A DNA stretch of 42,175 nt from Limisphaerales bacterium (GTDB lineage: Bacteria; Verrucomicrobiota; Verrucomicrobiia; Limisphaerales; SIBE01): NCBI GenBank assembly GCA_044225505.1, contig JBGAIN010000059.1:1-42175 (forward strand), given 5' to 3'. Positions within the stretch are counted from its first letter, which is position 1, and each line of letters starts with the position of its first letter. Below are positions 21,877-31,785 of the stretch, in pieces. A program made the position numbers and the translations under genes. The notes under the pieces are model-generated. The model searched no databases, was not told the origin of the DNA, and saw only the letters and a program-made list of their open reading frames with translations.

Positions 21877-22665
21877 TTACGGGCGGCGAAGGTAGTGCCA
21901 CCAGATTCGGTAGATGTCAAAGAAGGCTTTGACGAAATCACTGGGCCTGACTTTTGAGCCTCCCACGTCCTTCCACACCGGAAGAGGAAGTTCGTAAATA
22001 CAGGACTCCACTGACCTGATCTGAAAATTGCGAGCCCGGATCAGTCTTGCGATGATCTCCACATCAAAAACCCACCGGGAGCGAAACGGTTCCTCCAGCG
22101 TGGTGGCAAGCAATGGATTCACCCGGAAGACCTTGGCCCCGCACTGCGTATCGTAGATGGGGAGACGCAAAAGAGTGGACGCAGCCGTGGCAAAAATGCG
22201 ACCGAGGTAGTGACGAATCGCCCGGCGTTCAACCTCACGGCCAAGAAGTTTGACACGAGCACCGAAGACCATATCGATGGTGGGCTTGTTCGCGAGTATG
22301 CCAAGAAAGTCGGCGATGGTCTCAAGCGGCGTCGCCAAATCGGCGTCCCAGAATCCGACCAGTGGTGTCCGCCCCTCAGCGATTGCGTGGAGGAGGCCCG
22401 CCCGGACGGCTTCAGCTTTCCCGCGATTTGGCTGCCGATCAAGTACCTGCACCTGCTCAGCAAATGGGCCACGAAGGGCTTGTAACATCTTCAGCGTCTC
22501 ATCGCGACTTCCGTCATTCACAAAGACCCAGTGGATCTCCGGATAGGCGAGGAAAAAGGCTTCAAATGCAGGCCGATTTAGCCGTTTCGCCTCGTTATAG
22601 CAAGGAACGATCAGCGTGCAGACGGGGTGACGCGGCTCCTTCAGATGAACTGATGACTGGTTCAC
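21877..22665 (-). CDS. GT2 polyprenyl-phosphate glycosyltransferase (DPG/DPM synthase-like)
   Basis: VPCYNEAKRL, VNDGSRDET, NRGKAEAVRAG, DADLATP, DTQCGAK, FDVEII. Confidence 0.88.
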   Translation of the reverse strand: MNQSSVHLKEPRHPVCTLIVPCYNEAKRLNRPAFEAFFLAYPEIHWVFVNDGSRDETLKMLQALRGPFAEQVQVLDRQPNRGKAEAVRAGLLHAIAEGRTPLVGFWDADLATPLETIADFLGILANKPTIDMVFGARVKLLGREVERRAIRHYLGRIFATAASTLLRLPIYDTQCGAKVFRVNPLLATTLEEPFRSRWVFDVEIIARLIRARNFQIRSVESCIYELPLPVWKDVGGSKVRPSDFVKAFFDIYRIWWHYLRRP

Positions 22666-24185
22666 GGGCGTTCCGCAGAGGGAGAAGTCGAACTCAGCTT
22701 GCCATCGGCGTGGACGAAAAAGTAGAAGTTCTCAGCAGCCGGGTGCCGAGCCGCTTCCAAAAGCGTGGAGGGTGCGACGAGCCGCACGTTCAGTTGCTCA
22801 TTGCGGAAGAATGCCTGTACCGCATTGGCGACGTGCAGGTCTTCGAGACCAATCGTGTCAAATCCCTTAAATCCATAAATTCCGTACGGGTAAGAGCGCA
22901 CTTCTCCCGGCACATGGCTGAGCCAGACGGTGGCTCGCTGCGTGCGGAAATCACCAGGAAGCTGTCCCAAGATCCGGATCGCGGTATCGCCGCAGGCAAC
23001 GACTCGACGGTCGCGATTCAGACAGGCCAGGAGGCTGGAAAGCACCAGAAGTCCCGTGATCACACTGAAAAAGACTGGGCGGTGCTGGAGAAGTTGCCAG
23101 AGACAAGCCGCGGCGGCCAAGCAAAATAAAGCGGCCGGGACCGGCACATAGGTCTCTGAAGCATGGTCGGTGTAGACCAGAAAAAGGAGGAGCGATGTCG
23201 GGATGGCCGCCAGTAGAAAGATCATGGGCGTAGCGGGCAAACCGCGCAGGCGGGTCAGAGTCGGTCGCCCGAAGAACCATCCAGTCGCCAAAATAGCCAC
23301 GGTAGCAATTGCCACGAGGGTGGGCGTGATTTGAATATCACGAGGCAGCGGCGTGCCGATCCAATCGTGGGCCAACACGAGATCAACCGGCATGCACAAG
23401 GCACCCAAGTACATAGCCAAATTGCGGAGCAGAATGCTGGGCGGAGTTGTGACGTTGCGAGCAAAAAGCTCGGGAACGAAAATAGCGCGGGCGACAAAAT
23501 AGGTTCCGGCTGCCAAGATCGTGCAGGCAGTGAAGGTCGCCAGGAAACGAAAATTCGGCACCCGGCCGTTCACGAAGTAGTCAATGATGAAGTACAGGTA
23601 GATCAGCCCAAAAGCGGCCAGCACTGGTTCATAGGTAAACACGCCCAAAGCGCCGCAGATCAATCCCATGCTGATGCACGACCAGCGGGTAACCGGATTG
23701 CTCGAGCGATAGCCGATGAAAGGGAGCACGAAAGTGAGCAAAAACTGGAGGTTGGGAGCAGCGTTGTAAAACGTCGCAACCGCTACGGACTGGTGGACCA
23801 TCGGGTGAAGCCCAAAGAGCAAAGCCGCGGCTGTTGCGACCGGCCAGGAAAAGAAGATCACGCCGAGACCATAAACTGACGCGACCATGAGGCAGTGGAA
23901 AAACAAATTCCTGACATGAAAGAGCGTTGCCGATCCGTTCCCCCACCAGTAGGTGACATCGTTCGCGAGGCGATACAACGGCCGGTATTTGTTGCCCCCG
24001 CGATGTCCGGTGGTCAGAATTTTGGAGGGGGTTTGAGCATCCTCGAACGTAGCGCGGTGCACTTCGAAGAAATCGTCGAAGCCGCAGAAGTAGGTATTGG
24101 TTATAGGAGCGTAGGCCAGCGCCACGCAGCCGCAAATGAGCAGGACAATGAATACGTGCCAACGGCGCGAAAGGGAAATGGGCAT
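22662..24185 (-). CDS. GT-C fold membrane glycosyltransferase (PMT/ArnT/TMTC-like); start uncertain (24185-24242)
   Basis: First TM followed by the acidic pair GFDDF, then YRPL and ALLFGLHPMVHQSV; many TM helices; its stop overlaps the GT2 start. Confidence 0.65.
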   Translation of the reverse strand: MPISLSRRWHVFIVLLICGCVALAYAPITNTYFCGFDDFFEVHRATFEDAQTPSKILTTGHRGGNKYRPLYRLANDVTYWWGNGSATLFHVRNLFFHCLMVASVYGLGVIFFSWPVATAAALLFGLHPMVHQSVAVATFYNAAPNLQFLLTFVLPFIGYRSSNPVTRWSCISMGLICGALGVFTYEPVLAAFGLIYLYFIIDYFVNGRVPNFRFLATFTACTILAAGTYFVARAIFVPELFARNVTTPPSILLRNLAMYLGALCMPVDLVLAHDWIGTPLPRDIQITPTLVAIATVAILATGWFFGRPTLTRLRGLPATPMIFLLAAIPTSLLLFLVYTDHASETYVPVPAALFCLAAAACLWQLLQHRPVFFSVITGLLVLSSLLACLNRDRRVVACGDTAIRILGQLPGDFRTQRATVWLSHVPGEVRSYPYGIYGFKGFDTIGLEDLHVANAVQAFFRNEQLNVRLVAPSTLLEAARHPAAENFYFFVHADGKLSSTSPSAERP

Positions 24186-24358
24186 GATTGTTGTGGGGGA
24201 TGGCGGGATACTCACGACGGAGGCCGCAGGTCTTCTTATCATAGTAGCGCTGAAGAGACTCGCTCCAACCAGGCATTCCGTCCAGGCGTCGGACTTGCGG
24301 TAACCTTGCAACAGGTGGGTTGATTGCATTTGGGGGTCCTCCCGCCCACACTTCGTTG

Positions 24359-25459
24359 ATGCCATCCACACCGACCGCTAGAAATGCGCCGCTGCGCGTT
24401 GGATTTCTGGGCACGGGCGTAATCGCCGTGCCTCATGCAATTGCGTTGCGCGCCATTCCTGGCGTGCAATTGGCCGCCGTTTGCGACCTCGACCGCGCCA
24501 AAGCCACCGCGTTTCAAACTCAGTGGCAGGTGCCCCAGGTTTTCGACAGCCTTGACGCCATGCTGGCGGCGGTCGATGTGGTCCACGTGCTGCTTCCTCC
24601 TTCGGTGCATGCGGAACAGGCGATCACCTGTTTGCGAGCCCAACGCCATGTCTTCGTGGAAAAACCTTTGGCGCTCTCAGCGCGAGAATGCGAACGGATT
24701 GGGACGGCGGCTGAAGAGGCGGGATGCATGGTGGGGGTAAACCACAATCTGACCTACATGCCCGGGATGCTGAAGTTAATTGAAGCGATCAAGGATTATC
24801 GGTTGGGAGCAGTGGAGCATGTGACGGCGGTTTACAACATGCCGATGCCGGCATTGGCGGCCGGCCAACATGGGCATTGGATGTTCGGAGAAACGGAACG
24901 TCTCATCCTCGAGCTGTGCCCCCATCCGATGTCGGTCATTTGCCGACTGTTGGGAGGAGTCCAAGAGGCGGCAACTACGGTCAGCGGACGCACCCAGCTA
25001 CGCAATGGAAAGACATTCTTTGACACTTGGCAGAGTTCGTTGGTTTGCGACCGCGGGACGGCTCAACTGTTCCTGGGCGTTGGGCGGGATTATTTGAATA
25101 CGTGGGTGCATGTTGTAGGGCAGGACGGCGAGGCCTTCGTAGACCTGCGCCGCAACACGGTCCGCATCTCTGAGAAGACGAAATATCTCCGCAGCGACAA
25201 CCTGGTAGATGGCTGGCGCAATGGAACGGGCTTGATTAAGACGGGCCTCACCAATTTCGTCCGCTACGCGCAAGGTGCGCTGGGCTTGGCTCCCGCCTTC
25301 GAGCTACAAAACGAGTCGATGAAGGCCAGTATCGGAGCCTTCTATGGAGCGTTGCTCGGAAACCGCCCGGTCCCGGTGGGACTCGAGGAGGGCAGTGCCG
25401 TTGTCCGTGGCTGCGAAGCAATTCTGTGCGGTGCCCCCGAACTCAAGGGGGTTCGCTAG
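24359..25459 (+). CDS. Gfo/Idh/MocA family oxidoreductase
   Basis: RVGFLGTG, AVCD, HVFVEKPLA, GVNHN. Confidence 0.88.
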   Translation: MPSTPTARNAPLRVGFLGTGVIAVPHAIALRAIPGVQLAAVCDLDRAKATAFQTQWQVPQVFDSLDAMLAAVDVVHVLLPPSVHAEQAITCLRAQRHVFVEKPLALSARECERIGTAAEEAGCMVGVNHNLTYMPGMLKLIEAIKDYRLGAVEHVTAVYNMPMPALAAGQHGHWMFGETERLILELCPHPMSVICRLLGGVQEAATTVSGRTQLRNGKTFFDTWQSSLVCDRGTAQLFLGVGRDYLNTWVHVVGQDGEAFVDLRRNTVRISEKTKYLRSDNLVDGWRNGTGLIKTGLTNFVRYAQGALGLAPAFELQNESMKASIGAFYGALLGNRPVPVGLEEGSAVVRGCEAILCGAPELKGVR

Positions 25460-25461
25460 GC

Positions 25462-26469
25462 ATGGAACGCGTCGTCGTCATCGGAGGCGCCGGTTTCATC
25501 GGCAGGCAGTTGGTGAATCAGCTCCGAAATCAGGGCAATGAAGTTGTGGTGGTGAGCCGTTCGGCCGGCCAAGGACAGCCCGTGGAGCCGGGCTTAACTT
25601 ACTACCGGGCGGATGTCGCCGATCAGGAACGCGTCGCGCTATCGATTGAAGGTGCTTCGGTGGTCTATCACTTGGCGATGGGTGGAGGATCTACCTGGGC
25701 CGACTATGTCCGTGACTTTATCGGAGGCGCGAGAAATATCGCGCGGGCCTGTCAGCGCTATGGCGTTCGTCGGCTAATTTTTACCAGTTCCATCTCGGCC
25801 CTTTATCTGGGCAAGCGCGGCAAGTTGTACGAGCGGGATGGGCCTGATCCAAAGACCGAGGAGCGGAGCTTTTACTCGCGCGGCAAGATCGAGGCGGAAA
25901 AGGCCCTGCTTGACCTGCATCGGTCGGAGAAGCTGCCGGTGGTCATTCTCCGGCCGGCGATCGTCTTGGGGCGCGGAGGGATGCTCGCCCACGGGGCGCT
26001 AGGGGAATCGGCCTCCGATACGTGTATTCTCGGCTGGGGGACCGGCGAAAATCCTCTCCCCTGTGTCTTGGTACAAGACGTAGCGCGCGCCCTGGTTCTG
26101 GCAAAAGATGCTCCCGGCGTGGAAGGTAAGTCTTTCAACCTGTCCGGCGACATTCGACCCACCGCCCGGGAATACGTCGAGCTATTGCGTCAGTACACTC
26201 GCCGTAATTTTCGCTTCTATGCGCGCAGCGTACCCGTCATGGGATTGAACGAGTGGGGACGATGGGCGATCAAGGCCGCGGTCCGCAAACCGAACAACGT
26301 CAGAGTGAGCTATCGCGACCTCAAGAGTCTGACGATGGCAGCAGATCTGGACTGTTCTGAGGCAAAAACACTTCTCGGCTGGAATCCGGAAACCGATCGA
26401 GAGGCGTTCTTGCGGGAAGCAATTGGATCTCATCTGAAGCCGTTTGCTCCCGGCGACCTTCGCGCCTAA
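25462..26469 (+). CDS. NAD-dependent epimerase/dehydratase (extended SDR)
   Basis: GGAGFIG, VYHLA, TSS, YSRGK (YxxxK), LRP. Confidence 0.88.
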   Translation: MERVVVIGGAGFIGRQLVNQLRNQGNEVVVVSRSAGQGQPVEPGLTYYRADVADQERVALSIEGASVVYHLAMGGGSTWADYVRDFIGGARNIARACQRYGVRRLIFTSSISALYLGKRGKLYERDGPDPKTEERSFYSRGKIEAEKALLDLHRSEKLPVVILRPAIVLGRGGMLAHGALGESASDTCILGWGTGENPLPCVLVQDVARALVLAKDAPGVEGKSFNLSGDIRPTAREYVELLRQYTRRNFRFYARSVPVMGLNEWGRWAIKAAVRKPNNVRVSYRDLKSLTMAADLDCSEAKTLLGWNPETDREAFLREAIGSHLKPFAPGDLRA

Positions 26470-27842
26470 AACTGGAAATACAGGAACGGCGACACTTGAC
26501 TGCCGTACATAGCGATCAGACAAATCAGGAATAAAACTGTCAGCGAGAAGACCTGCGTGGGGCGCCACTGATGGCTCAACTCGAAAGTGTTCGGACCGGT
26601 GTGCGCCAACAACCCGGCCACGGCCAGCATCCCAGTCAGCGTGCCGCTTCCAATCATCAAGCTTCCGTCTTGAGGAACCAACATGCGGTGGAGCAGGCCC
26701 AGCGCGTCCGCGAAGGTCGCCGCTCGGAAAAAGGTCCAACCGATGACGGTCAACAGAAACATCGAGGTCCGCTGCGCCCAAAGGGGCTGAGCGTCCCAAA
26801 GACGCGGCCAAGCGCGGTAGATACTCAAGAGAAGACCGTGATAGGCGCCCCAAATTACGAAGTTCCAAGACGCGCCGTGCCACAGACCGCCCAAGAGCAT
26901 CGTGATCATCAAGTTCCGATACGTCTGCCATTCCGGACCGCGATTTCCGCCAAGCGGAATGTATAGATAATCGCGCAAACAGCGCGACAAAGAGATGTGC
27001 CAACGCCGCCAGAAATCAGACGGATTCACCGAGCGGTAGGGCGAATCGAAATTTTTCGGAATGTGCATCCCGAAGAGATAGCCCAGCCCGACAGCCATGT
27101 TGCTATATCCAGCGAAATCGAAATACAGCTGGTAAGTGTAGCCCAACATTGCTAGCCACGCTCCGAGGCTCGAAAGACTAGTCACCTGTTTGAGAGCCGG
27201 ATCGATGATGGCGGCAATCGTATCGGCGACCAGCATCTTTTGGCACATGCCAATCACGAAGAACGACCAGCCCCGCTCGCGGAGGGCGCCCCGCGGACGC
27301 TGATCGATCTGTTCAAGATCTTCCTGGAGTTCCGAGAAGCGGACGATCGGGCCCGCCACCAACTGGGAAAAAAGCGACACGTAGGCAGCAAATTCAAAGA
27401 AATTTCGCGTCGGCTGAATATGCCTGCGGTAGGAATCCACTATGTAAGTAATGGTGTGAAAGGTATAAAACGAAATACCCACGGGAAGAATAAGCCGCCA
27501 AGGTTCCAGGTGCTGGGATGTTAAGCCGTTAATAATCTCGATCGCGAAATCGAAATACTTGAAAACCGCCAGCAACAGCAGGTCCACGGTGATGGGAACG
27601 ATCAGAAGCCACTTCCGGATTCTCCGATCCTCGCTCCAACGTAGAAAACCCAGGCCAGCGGTGTAGCTCACCAAGGTCGAGAAGAGCATTAACAGGCAAA
27701 ATTTCGGATTCCAGTAACCATAGAAGATATAGCCGGTAATCGCCAGCCAGATGTAGCGCGCGGTCTTGGTTTTCAGATACCAGAAAACAAAGTAAGTAAT
27801 GGGCAAAAAGAGGCCCAGAAAGATCGCACTATTGAAGAGCAT
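26466..27842 (-). CDS. MBOAT O-acyltransferase (AlgI family), second copy
   Basis: MLFNS start, LPVGISFYTF, QLVAGPI, QLYFDFAGYS, FWRRWHISLS, GGLWHGASWNF; C-terminal FLYFQF. Confidence 0.93.
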   Translation of the reverse strand: MLFNSAIFLGLFLPITYFVFWYLKTKTARYIWLAITGYIFYGYWNPKFCLLMLFSTLVSYTAGLGFLRWSEDRRIRKWLLIVPITVDLLLLAVFKYFDFAIEIINGLTSQHLEPWRLILPVGISFYTFHTITYIVDSYRRHIQPTRNFFEFAAYVSLFSQLVAGPIVRFSELQEDLEQIDQRPRGALRERGWSFFVIGMCQKMLVADTIAAIIDPALKQVTSLSSLGAWLAMLGYTYQLYFDFAGYSNMAVGLGYLFGMHIPKNFDSPYRSVNPSDFWRRWHISLSRCLRDYLYIPLGGNRGPEWQTYRNLMITMLLGGLWHGASWNFVIWGAYHGLLLSIYRAWPRLWDAQPLWAQRTSMFLLTVIGWTFFRAATFADALGLLHRMLVPQDGSLMIGSGTLTGMLAVAGLLAHTGPNTFELSHQWRPTQVFSLTVLFLICLIAMYGSQVSPFLYFQF

Positions 27843-29010
27843 GGGGAGTTTCCAGAGCCTGGGCACGTAGCGCGCGCAGGCGGTCGGCCAGCTTGGCGGC
27901 CGTTAAGCGGACCCCCAGGGGTGACCAATGATGGTCCTCACGATAATAAGAGTATTGGCCGCTTTCGATTTCGCGCCCAGCCGTGCGGGAGAACTCCGTG
28001 AGCATGTTTAAGGTCGGAATTCCCTGCGCCTGGAGCGCCGCTTCGAGTTGATTCAAATAAGGCGAAGGTGCAATGTGATCCAGGCCGGGGCCATAGAGCG
28101 TGTACTTGTTCGGGAGCAGCACAACAAACATTTGCAAGTGACGCTCGTTGAGCAGCCGTCGGTAGAGCGCGAAGTAGTCGGCACGCCTTTCCACATATCG
28201 CGCATCGGGAGGCTTGAGCGTCCGTTCGACCTCATCGCGCAGGAAAAGGATGCGCCGGCCGGCAGCATCCTTTCTCTCAACCACTTGCGCGCGATAAGGG
28301 TTGGGCAGGATCGAATCGTTACTCAGCCCTTTGAAGAAGCGGATCGAAAGGATCTCCAGCGGCGAGATGCTCCAGACGGCGCTCAGGAAGCGCTTACCGT
28401 ACTGAAGATCCTCTCGCAGTCGGGCATATCGATCCGACCCGAGAAGCTGTCGCCCGATCGCGTCGGTCCGCCAGGGAAGCCCCTCAAGCTGACTCCGGTC
28501 CCGTTCCGCCTGCTCCCACTCGAGCAGGACGACCATGGGCCGCTGGTGGCCAGCTTTCTGTAGAAGATCATGGATCGGTTCCGGACCCGGCTTGTCCCGA
28601 AAGAAATGTCCGCCGTTGTACATTCGCAGGCCGCTCTCGTGGGTCAAAACGGCCGGCAGCGTCTCTTCGTCGGAAAGGCCCCCACCATAGGCGAACGATG
28701 CGCCCTCATGCAAGAGGTAGTCGAATTGGCTCCCCGGTTCCACGTCCGGCGTGAAACGGAACCCCCATGCATCAGTGCGGAAACGAATTGGGCTGCGCCT
28801 CTCCGTAGGCTCAAGATTTCCGGTGAGGGCAGTTTCACCAACCCAAGGTGCGTACTCCAGGTCAAGATTGGGAATGAATGGAGCATAGCGGCCGGGACGA
28901 CGCGTCGCGACGTGCTCCGGTAGAATATGCAGCCAAGCCACCGGGAGAAAGCGGCCGCCCACATCAAGAACAAACCAGAGAATTAAGAGCCCGACGACCC
29001 GGGACGTCAA
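27829..29010 (-). CDS. AlgX/AlgJ-like SGNH O-acetyltransferase
   Basis: TTG 29010 preceded by GGAGG at 5-nt spacing; N-terminal TM; TDAWGFR, GASFAYG, LLPNKYTLY, YYREDHHWSPLG (DxHW). Confidence 0.78.
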   Translation of the reverse strand: MTSRVVGLLILWFVLDVGGRFLPVAWLHILPEHVATRRPGRYAPFIPNLDLEYAPWVGETALTGNLEPTERRSPIRFRTDAWGFRFTPDVEPGSQFDYLLHEGASFAYGGGLSDEETLPAVLTHESGLRMYNGGHFFRDKPGPEPIHDLLQKAGHQRPMVVLLEWEQAERDRSQLEGLPWRTDAIGRQLLGSDRYARLREDLQYGKRFLSAVWSISPLEILSIRFFKGLSNDSILPNPYRAQVVERKDAAGRRILFLRDEVERTLKPPDARYVERRADYFALYRRLLNERHLQMFVVLLPNKYTLYGPGLDHIAPSPYLNQLEAALQAQGIPTLNMLTEFSRTAGREIESGQYSYYREDHHWSPLGVRLTAAKLADRLRALRAQALETPHALQ

Positions 29011-29152
29011 ACACGCCTCCCGCGTGGGCTTGGTCAACGCCAAGCGGACAGACTCCTCAGGGTTCGATGCACTAAAACACAGCTTAGCAACGACGGTCGG
29101 CTTTTTGAATCTGGCCTTTGCCGCAGGACGGCCTGATAAGATGAGGAGAACG

Positions 29153-30721
29153 ATGGGAAAGCCGACGGCTCCTAACGTACCCAAGCCGCAGCGTTTTCTT
29201 ATCAACGTTTTGTGGAACTGGGTGGCGGTAGCTGCCAACATTTTTACGGGCATCATCCTAACCCGGTACCTGATCAGGAAGCTGGGCGATGAACGATATG
29301 GGGTATGGGCGTTAGCCTTCACCCTCATCGAGTACGTCTTTTTGTTCGACCTTGGCTTTCGGTCGGCAGTCGTCGCCCTGGTGTCGCGCCGCAGGGCGGA
29401 AGGCGACATAGCCGGAATCAATGCCGTCCTCAGCACCGCCCTGGCTTATTTTGCGCTCGTCGCCGGGGCCATCTGCGCATTGACCTATGCCTTCGCTGGC
29501 GAGGTCTTTCGCCTTTTCCAAATCAGCGAGCCGCTCCGCGCTGATTTCACTTTTCTCCTTACGCTGGTCGGTTTCACCTGGGCCCTTGGCATCATGGCGA
29601 GTGTCTTTCAGGCTTCGATCGAAGCATCCCAGAACTTTCGCAACTATAGCCACATTATGGTAGTGATTTTGCTCCTTCGCTCGACCGGACTGGCGCTGCT
29701 TCTGTACTGCGGCTACGGACTCCGGGAAATGGGAGTGCTGGTGGTTTGCTGTCAGATTCTCGGCTATGGGCTGATGTTTTCCACTTTCCTCCGCACGTTT
29801 CCGGAAGTGCGCTGCTCTCGTGCCTCGATCAGCTGGGGTACCTGGAAGGAACTGGCAAGCTTCGGGATTCACTCGCTGGTCGCATCCTCAGGGTTGCTCT
29901 TCTTAAATCAGGGGCCGCCGTTGATGGTCGGCCATTTCCGTTCCGAGGCCTTTGTCGGTTACTACAGTGTGCCAGCCCGGCTGTTGCAGTACATTGTCGA
30001 CATCGTTACCCGCATCGGTTTCGTAACCGTGCCCAAGACTTCCGAACTGCTTGCTCGGGGAGAGACCGGTCAAATCGTGAAGCTGGGGATCTTCATCAAC
30101 CGGTATTGCCTTGCGCTATTCCTTCCGATCACGATCTTCCTCGTGTTTTACGGCGAGCCGCTCGTGTTGCGATGGCTCGGGCCCACCTACGCCCGGCAAA
30201 GTGGTCCGCTCATCCCGATCATGGTGTGTGCCATCACGTTGGGTGTGGCCGGACAGTTCAATTCGAGCCAATTGCTCTTCGGCATGGGGCGGCATCGCCT
30301 CTACGCACGATCGTTGGTAGTAGAGGGCATCGCGCTGCTGGCGGGGATGATGTTTGCCCTACCCCGGTACGGAATCATCGGAGGTGCGTGGGTGGCGGCA
30401 ACGCTGCTAGTCGTCAACCGAGGGCTGATCACGCCAATGATGGTCTGTCGGTACTTGAACGTGAACTACTTCTCTTATATGGCGAGCATCTACGGCCGTC
30501 CGCTCCTGACAGCGCTACCGGTCGCCGCGGTGGTCTTTTGGTGGCGGTCCTCGGCAATCATCAAAGGTGAAACCTGGACTGAACTCATCGTGGCCGCCAG
30601 CGGCACCGCTTCCTTGTACCTGACGCTTTGCCTTTTCACCTGCCTCGACGCGGAGCACCGAGACCTGTTCTGGCGAACCCTGCGAGCCCGTTTGCCAAGC
30701 CGCCGTCCCGTTCCGGTTTAA
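29153..30721 (+). CDS. wzx: Wzx-type oligosaccharide flippase
   Basis: RBS AGGAGA; many TM helices; YLIRKLGDERYGVW, FDLGF, VGYYSVPARL. Confidence 0.85.
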   Translation: MGKPTAPNVPKPQRFLINVLWNWVAVAANIFTGIILTRYLIRKLGDERYGVWALAFTLIEYVFLFDLGFRSAVVALVSRRRAEGDIAGINAVLSTALAYFALVAGAICALTYAFAGEVFRLFQISEPLRADFTFLLTLVGFTWALGIMASVFQASIEASQNFRNYSHIMVVILLLRSTGLALLLYCGYGLREMGVLVVCCQILGYGLMFSTFLRTFPEVRCSRASISWGTWKELASFGIHSLVASSGLLFLNQGPPLMVGHFRSEAFVGYYSVPARLLQYIVDIVTRIGFVTVPKTSELLARGETGQIVKLGIFINRYCLALFLPITIFLVFYGEPLVLRWLGPTYARQSGPLIPIMVCAITLGVAGQFNSSQLLFGMGRHRLYARSLVVEGIALLAGMMFALPRYGIIGGAWVAATLLVVNRGLITPMMVCRYLNVNYFSYMASIYGRPLLTALPVAAVVFWWRSSAIIKGETWTELIVAASGTASLYLTLCLFTCLDAEHRDLFWRTLRARLPSRRPVPV

Positions 30722-30903
30722 CATGGGCAACGGGATTTGGCGCGTTAAGATGAGCAAGGATCAGACAGTTCGATTCGGCCGGCCGGCCAGACGCGTTCAC
30801 AAGCTTTGGAAAAAACCGTAACTGATAGATCGCACGAATCTTATCCAAGCGTCAACAGGGCTTTCCGTCCCGTCGTTTTGGCTTCGGCTGCTACGTTTGA
30901 ATC

Positions 30904-31743
30904 ATGGCTACCAGATTCCCTACCCTGAAGTGCAACCTTCTGGTTGGGTTGCTGCTCCTTCAGCCCGTCGTGGCTCAGACGCAATTGGACCTTCGCAAAC
31001 AAAGTCGTAATGTCGATTTCGCGGCGGCGGCCTCGACTCGCCCAGCCAAAACCGGTACGGCGATGCCGTCCACCTGCGCGGTGGGCGAGCTGTTCTTCCG
31101 CTCCGACAGCACCGCCGGCAAGAATCTTTACGGCTGCACCGCGGTGAACACGTGGACCCTGCAGGCGGAATCTATCCTGCCTGGTTCGGTGGCCAACTTT
31201 GTGCTCTCGTTTACCAATCAAACCACCCTCTCGATTCCTGCGGCCATGCATGGCTTCTCGTCACCCAACATCCTGGTGACCTGTTTCGACAACGGGACTC
31301 CAGCTACGTTGATCTCCCCCAGTGTGGTCACCGTTCATCTCACCACCTTCACCGTCGGGGTCACCTTCCCTGGCTCACGTAGCGGCCGCTGCGTGCTGAA
31401 TGCACCCGGTTTTGCCTACACCGCGGGAATCGGCTTAGTGGTCAATGGCGCCGAGTTCTCAGTGGACTCGGCCACCGTGCCGTCGTTCCTCCGAGGTCAC
31501 GGCGACTTGGCCAGTTGGTCGATTCCCGACCATGCCTGTATCGATCGCACTCTGCCGCTCGAGGGTTCCGCGCTGATCGATGCGGTGATTCCTGGCTGGC
31601 CTGCAGATCTTCCGGACGGTCTTACGGGGACGATGCTGGTACGCGAGCCGGGCCTCATTGGCGTGCGGCTCTGCAATTCCACCAGCGACCAGATTGAAGT
31701 CCCGGCGCGCACCTTCAATGTGGCCATTATCAAAGCGTTTTAA
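30904..31743 (+). CDS. Secreted hypothetical protein, beta-rich with a Cys-pair module
   Basis: Signal-peptide-like N-terminus (LLVGLLLLQPVVA-Q), long ORF with coding-like bias, no recognisable enzyme motif. Confidence 0.7.
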   Translation: MATRFPTLKCNLLVGLLLLQPVVAQTQLDLRKQSRNVDFAAAASTRPAKTGTAMPSTCAVGELFFRSDSTAGKNLYGCTAVNTWTLQAESILPGSVANFVLSFTNQTTLSIPAAMHGFSSPNILVTCFDNGTPATLISPSVVTVHLTTFTVGVTFPGSRSGRCVLNAPGFAYTAGIGLVVNGAEFSVDSATVPSFLRGHGDLASWSIPDHACIDRTLPLEGSALIDAVIPGWPADLPDGLTGTMLVREPGLIGVRLCNSTSDQIEVPARTFNVAIIKAF

Positions 31744-31785
31744 CAAGAGACAAAGAGCAGAATCAGTTTTCTGGAGGGTTTAATC

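Noticed and set aside
27829..29436. Long overlap between the AlgX-like ORF (to 29436) and wzx (from 29024)
   Set aside because: Artefact of longest-ORF calling; RBS-supported starts at 29010 (-) and 29153 (+) leave a normal divergent gap.
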